Part shown: positions 59,355 to 64,000 of the stretch, one piece after another
Layout of the letters: the number at the start of each line of letters is the position of its first letter
How positions within the stretch are numbered: position 1 is the stretch's first letter
Source: Candidatus Harpocratesius repetitus
GTDB taxonomy: Archaea > Asgardarchaeota > Lokiarchaeia > Sigyniarchaeales > Promethearchaeaceae
Direction of reading: 5' to 3'
Assembly: GCA_021498095.1 (NCBI GenBank)
Contig: JAIZWK010000001.1
Span: forward strand, 2,744,810-2,808,809
DNA length: 64,000 nt
The notes under the pieces: generated by a model
Database searches by the model: none
What the model was told of the DNA's origin: nothing
The model's input: the letters and a program-made list of their open reading frames with translations, nothing else
Program-made: the position numbers and the translations under genes

Positions 59355-60014
59355 ATGGAAAATGCAAAAAGAGAGAGTTTGATACTGGCTAAAGTTGTGT
59401 ATTGGGGCTGCGCACTTTCAGGAAAAACAACCATAATTGATAGCTTGTACAGACTTACTAAAGAAAAATTTACAGATCAATTTGAACCAGAAGGAACTAT
59501 TAAAAAAATTGCTCAAAGTGATGGAGCTACTTTATATTTTGATAGGGGGATTTTTCGTTCAAAAAAAGAGCGATCACTTCAATATCATGTTTATACTGTT
59601 GCAGGTCAAATTCATTTTGCCCCAGTTCGAAAAAAAGTATTTGAAGGAACAAATGCTGTTGTCTTTGTTTTTGATGCACAACCTGAACGATTGCAAGCAA
59701 ATATAGATTCTTTAAAAGAATTAAAAAATGTCTCAGAACATAAATTGATTACAGAAATTCCAATGCTTGTAATGGTAAATAAACAAGATTTACCTGATGC
59801 AATTCAAAAGGATGAAGTTCAAAAAATACTCGAAGAAGAATCTTTATTTTTTCCAACTGAAGATCCTTGGAGTCTATGGAACCCAATTATTTATGAAACA
59901 ATAGCACTGTATGATATTCAACAAAATATTTATCCTGTGTTTGCAGAAATAATAAGGAGACTCCAAATCTATCAGACTTTTGGTGATGGAATTAACCCAC
60001 CTTTTCAGCGTTGA
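59355..60014 (+). CDS. MglA-like small GTPase
   Basis: The G1 region AKVVYWGCALSGKTT resembles MglA (KIVYYGPGLSGKTT). G3 lacks the Asp (TVAGQ, versus MglA TVPGQ). G4 is NKQD. Confidence 0.65.
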   Translation: MENAKRESLILAKVVYWGCALSGKTTIIDSLYRLTKEKFTDQFEPEGTIKKIAQSDGATLYFDRGIFRSKKERSLQYHVYTVAGQIHFAPVRKKVFEGTNAVVFVFDAQPERLQANIDSLKELKNVSEHKLITEIPMLVMVNKQDLPDAIQKDEVQKILEEESLFFPTEDPWSLWNPIIYETIALYDIQQNIYPVFAEIIRRLQIYQTFGDGINPPFQR

Positions 60015-60078
60015 TTTTTTTGCAAGTATTTCATGTTTATTTTTTGCAATTCAAAATTATTCCAATTAACTTTCTTAA

Positions 60079-61119
60079 TCATTCAACTAATATCTCATCT
60101 GATGATGATTGATTCTGCCCTTCTATTTTGTGTATCAGCGATAAATCATCCCATTTTCCACATTTACTCCCCCATCTCGCGAGTAATTGATTATTTTTGA
60201 ATATTTCAACAATCTCACAAACATTCGGACAATCGGAGCATTCAAAACCTGTTGTTCGAAATCTTAACTGTGGAATATTCCACCCAAGAAATTTTGATGG
60301 ACGAGGTTTCCTTTCTATCTCTTCATGAGCTAAAATAGCCGCTCCTATAGCACCCATAACATCATAATATGGTGGAACAATAATCTTATATCCGAGATTC
60401 TCAGCAAATGCTTTTCTAATTCCTTTATTAGCAGCTACCCCACCTTGAAACATTATTGGAGGAAGGATTTCTTTACCTTTAGCTACATTATTAAGATAAT
60501 TGCGAACCAAAGCTTCACATAATCCGCGAATAATATCTTGCTCTGGATATCCAAGCTGCTGTTTATGAATCATATCACTTTCCGCAAATACCGTACAGCG
60601 ACCAGCTATAGATACTGGATTTGTAGATTTTAATGCATAATCCCCAAATTCTTCAATCGGAATTTTAATTCGTCGAGCTTGTTGATCTAAGAAACTTCCT
60701 GTTCCTGCTGCACATACTGTATTCATTGCAAAATCAATAGCTACACCATCCCGTAAAATAATTATTTTGCTGTCTTGACCCCCAATTTCCAATACTGTTC
60801 TAACATCTGGTTTAAATTCTAAAGCAGCTAAAGAATGTGCTGTGATTTCATTTTTTACAATATCTGCACCAATTAAAACACCAGTCAATTGTCTTGCTGA
60901 ACCAGTAGCTCCAGCACCATGTATAGGAAGGTCACATCCAAGTTTATTGCGCATGATTCTGATTGCATTTTGAACAGCTTGTATTGGTTTTCCATCAGTT
61001 CTAATATATACAGATTCAATTACTTTATGATTTTCATCTATTACTGCAACATTGGTTGAAATTGAGCCAACATCAACTCCAATAAAATAATTTTGCTCAT
61101 CCGATTTCATTTTTTTCAC
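60079..61119 (-). CDS. BadF/BadG/BcrA/BcrD-type ATPase (HgdC-like activase of 2-hydroxyacyl-CoA dehydratases)
   Basis: It has an N-terminal acetate/sugar-kinase-fold motif (FIGVDVGSISTNVAVID) and is collinear with HgdC/YjiL-type activases. A C-terminal Cys cluster (CSDCPNVCE...CGKW) is present. Confidence 0.8.
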   Translation of the reverse strand: MKKMKSDEQNYFIGVDVGSISTNVAVIDENHKVIESVYIRTDGKPIQAVQNAIRIMRNKLGCDLPIHGAGATGSARQLTGVLIGADIVKNEITAHSLAALEFKPDVRTVLEIGGQDSKIIILRDGVAIDFAMNTVCAAGTGSFLDQQARRIKIPIEEFGDYALKSTNPVSIAGRCTVFAESDMIHKQQLGYPEQDIIRGLCEALVRNYLNNVAKGKEILPPIMFQGGVAANKGIRKAFAENLGYKIIVPPYYDVMGAIGAAILAHEEIERKPRPSKFLGWNIPQLRFRTTGFECSDCPNVCEIVEIFKNNQLLARWGSKCGKWDDLSLIHKIEGQNQSSSDEILVE

Positions 61120-61169
61120 CCTTTTGTTTGGAACATTAAAGATTTCTCCTTATTTATTCTTCAAATATT

Positions 61170-61532
61170 CTAGATTTCAATTCTCGTTGATTTTTTTTTG
61201 AATGAAGTAAAAAATTTATTTGATTTTCGCTTTCTGGCTAATAAGTCAACAAAAGCTTCCAAACGAGTCTGAAATCCGGCTTCACCTGTTTGCTCATCCA
61301 CAACTAACGAAAGCACAGGAATATCATATAAATGACTAATTTGAGGAAGAATATTTTTTGAGGCAATATGTGGTAAACAAGTAAAGGGATACAAATGAAT
61401 TACCCCGTCCCATCCATTTTTTTTATAGATTATAGTTTCACCGATAGCTTCTCGTGCTTCTCCTCCACATCGATGAGCAGTATAATCAAATAAGATACAT
61501 TTATGAATTCGACTCTGAAATAAGATTGGTCA
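61170..61532 (-). pseudogene. 5'-truncated remnant of a 2-hydroxyacyl-CoA dehydratase-type subunit (HgdA/HgdB-like C-terminus)
   Basis: The open frame reads ILFDYTAHRCGGEAREAIG...YPFTCLPH...DIPVLSLVVDEQTGEAGFQTRLEAFVDLL, resembling dehydratase-subunit C-termini. The frame is closed by a stop at 61530-61532 (TGA on the minus strand), leaving only about 120 aa. The only available start is a TTG at 61394. Confidence 0.4.
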
Positions 61533-61611
61533 TCAGAAATTTATACTTTTCCATTTTTGTATGATTGCAAAGATACCCAAAAGCAAATAAAACTAAAACT
61601 CTATAATAATA

Positions 61612-64000
61612 TCATGTCTTTTGGAGATATTGTCGTAAGTTTTCTATTAAATATTATCCCATTGATTGTACTACTTTTTCCTATTCCATTTCTAAAGCGA
61701 AAATCGGCTAAAAGATCATTTTATTTGCGATTTTATTATGGTTTGTGTTTTTTCTTTGCAGTATATTGGTTTCTACCTGCTCTCCTTCAGTTGGAAATCA
61801 AATCATTATCAATAGAGGATTCACAATTAAAGCAACCCAGTTTAATTGCCTTATATTTAGTTGTTCGATTCTTTAGCTTAATTACTTCATACGCTCAATA
61901 TCCATTTATCCTTTTACCTCTTATTTTTGTTTTTTCTCCATTTGTATCATTATTGATTCTTTATCTAAGAATTAGAAAGGAGAAAAAAAATGATAATTTA
62001 GATATTTTTCAAGAAATCCACTATGAATACATGACATCCCCTAAAGAAATGATAAAAAGAGCCCTTCGTAAAAATGACTGGTCAAAAGAAAAGGAAATGT
62101 TCAAAGCATTTTTGATTATTATGCCAATTGCGATATATCTCCTAGCAGTAGTATTAGATATTTCAGGTTTAGAGCCAGTAAATTTGAATAAAAGCACTAC
62201 TGCCATCGGAATGTTAATAGAAATATTTTTCGTCTATATTGCCACCTTTTTATATGGATATCAACTAATAAAGGCATCGAAACTCTCATTTCGCGGAAAA
62301 TTTATAGGTGAGCAAATAGAAGCGCGATTCTTTTCCAGTTTAAAACAAGTAGGAACCCCAATTGCAATCTTAAGTATTATTCTATTCATTTTACAGAAAA
62401 CAGACAGTATACTCCTATTTATCTACATTTTTGGATATTTCTTAATGGCTGCATTTATTTTCATTCTTTTTTTACGTATTTTTGAACCAATAAGCATTTT
62501 AATTTTATTAAAAATAATCAATGCAAGAAAATGGAAACAGATTGGAAAATTTAAGCACTGGATTCGAGCAATTAAAGAAAAAAGAGAAAGTTCAGAAAAT
62601 GAAGAAAGTTCAGAAAATGAAGAAAGTTCAGAAAATGAAGAAAGTTCAGAAAATGAAGAGTCATTAGATCAAAATTTAACATCTACATTATCAGAAACAC
62701 AATCTAATTCATCGGATCTCTCTTTACGAAATATAATTTCATCCAAATACCAAAATACTCAACATCAATCAAAATATCTAATTATCATCGTATTGTATGG
62801 AATTATTGCCGCTTCTCTTAGTGTAATTGTATTCTTCATAATCTCTTATATTGGATATCTATTTACTCCTTACCTTCCCTCTGGTTCGGATATTACTGTT
62901 CTCTCAGCTGCAAGTGCCAATCCAACTTATTTAGTTGCTTTAATTACCGAAATATCTGTTTCTTTACATTCTATAGAATTGATGTTTCGAGTAATCATTC
63001 TGTCATATTTTTTTAACTATGCTCTCCGCACTAAATTGCATAACGCAACTGTTATTTTAATATATGGAGGAACTTTGTTAGCATTGACAATTGTTTGTTC
63101 AATTTTACTTAGTTCTCCTTTAATAATTCCTTTAAGTTTCTCTGAAGAAACGAGTTGGTTGACCGGTGTGCCGGTTACAATTGAAGATGTATCTTTTTCG
63201 TTTGTTACTGTTAGGACAGGATTTTTAACCGCTAGTTTTTCAGGAAATATGGTTCTACGTGGTTTAACAATTCCTTTTTATATCTTTAGCCCATTTTCCA
63301 CTTTTATCTTATGGGGATATTTATTTTGTTTTGGTAATAAGCAATTTATGGTGAAATCATTTGATAAACAGCATAAATATGTTGAAAGAACAACTTTCTC
63401 GATAGTTTCATCTGAAAATATCACCGATCTTCCAACATTTTTCAATATTCACCCTGGAGCTTTGATTATGAGAGAAAATGGGCAAAATTTATCTGAATTT
63501 GAATATAATCTTCCAGAATGGAATGAAATAGCATCAAAACTAATGGAAAAGGGAGAAATAAAATTATCTGAAATAACTGAATCTACATTAACTGATGAAC
63601 GATTTGAAGCATGGTTAAAACATGAAGTTAAATTAAAACATATATCAATTTGGATACCAGAATTTTCTTGCATTTTTGAACGCGCTCAGATTGATTCTGT
63701 TTATATTTTATATCAAGATGGTAGAAATTTATTTTTCCATCGATTTCAAGCCCTTCAAACTGAAAAAGAGAAAGCCAGAGAAAAATTTGCTCCTTCATTA
63801 GTATCAGGAATGTTTTCAGCAATCACAAGTTTCGTTAAAGAGGTGACCAATTCTGCAGATTTATTACGCAGTATTGATTCTGGAGATAAAAAAGTGCTCT
63901 TGGAATACAGCCAAAGTCTTCCGATTTTTGGTGCCATCTTTGCTGATAGAGAAACAGGACAGGTACGAAGAGCTTTAAAAGATTTTCTTACACGCTTTGG
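61612..64000 (+). CDS. Polytopic membrane protein (at least 796 aa, continues past window end) with an (ESSENE)x4 acidic repeat and a Roadblock/LC7-like C-terminal domain
   Basis: I translated from the ATG at 61612 and found no stop before 64000. It has at least 10 hydrophobic helices and an 18-bp x4 repeat encoding SSENEE. The C-terminal region (IDSVYILYQDGRNLFFHRF...LVSGMFSAITSFVKEV...KKVLLEYSQSLPIFGAIFADRETGQVRRAL) matches the roadblock pattern. It is absent from the supplied ORF track. Confidence 0.6.
62586..62660. repeat. 18-bp tandem repeat (GAAAGTTCAGAAAATGAA) x4 inside the CDS
   Basis: Seen directly. Confidence 0.85.

Noticed and set aside
1-64000. CRISPR arrays, rRNA, integrase or transposase genes
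   Set aside because: I scanned for regularly spaced direct repeats and for recombinase or transposase motifs and found none in this window.

Overview
This is an AT-rich (about 30% GC), gene-dense archaeal window. The mix of genes points to an Asgard (Loki-like) archaeon: a Rab/Ras-like and an MglA-like small GTPase, several Roadblock/LC7-like proteins, tungsten-type aldehyde:ferredoxin oxidoreductase, a Hef-like helicase, DRG GTPase, a proline-dehydrogenase/sarcosine-oxidase-like alpha/beta flavoenzyme, flotillin, two VapBC pairs and a beta-class DNA methyltransferase. This is an inference from gene content only.

The supplied ORF track omits two long ORFs that run off the window edges, presumably because they have no in-window stop codon. 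One is a CCG-domain Fe-S oxidoreductase (GlcF/HdrD-like) on the minus strand at 1-1380, paired with a GlcD-like FAD oxidase. The other is a membrane protein of at least 796 aa on the plus strand from 61612 to the window end. It carries an (ESSENE)x4 repeat and a Roadblock-like C-terminal domain.

The most striking non-genic signal is a pair of ~309-bp noncoding sequences at about 89% identity, in inverted orientation, at 12111-12419 and 54661-54969. They bracket a ~42-kb segment.

Other notable observations, in window order:
- a Rab-like GTPase co-transcribed with a winged-helix protein;
- a DRG gene with no canonical start codon;
- a frameshifted YjbQ gene;
- a truncated CDP-alcohol phosphatidyltransferase;
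- two tandem processive GT2 synthases, with a GH18 gene nearby;
- flotillin followed by an NfeD-OB plus tandem winged-helix fusion;
- a 1471-aa coiled-coil protein with a prenyltransferase-like repeat N-terminus and a C-terminal TM anchor;
- a compositionally distinct (about 43-45% GC) two-gene island of unknown proteins next to the Hef-like helicase;
- an SD-containing 30-bp tandem repeat immediately upstream of a gene;
- an orphan HgdC-type activase beside a 5'-truncated dehydratase-subunit remnant.

No rRNA, tRNA or CRISPR array was found.
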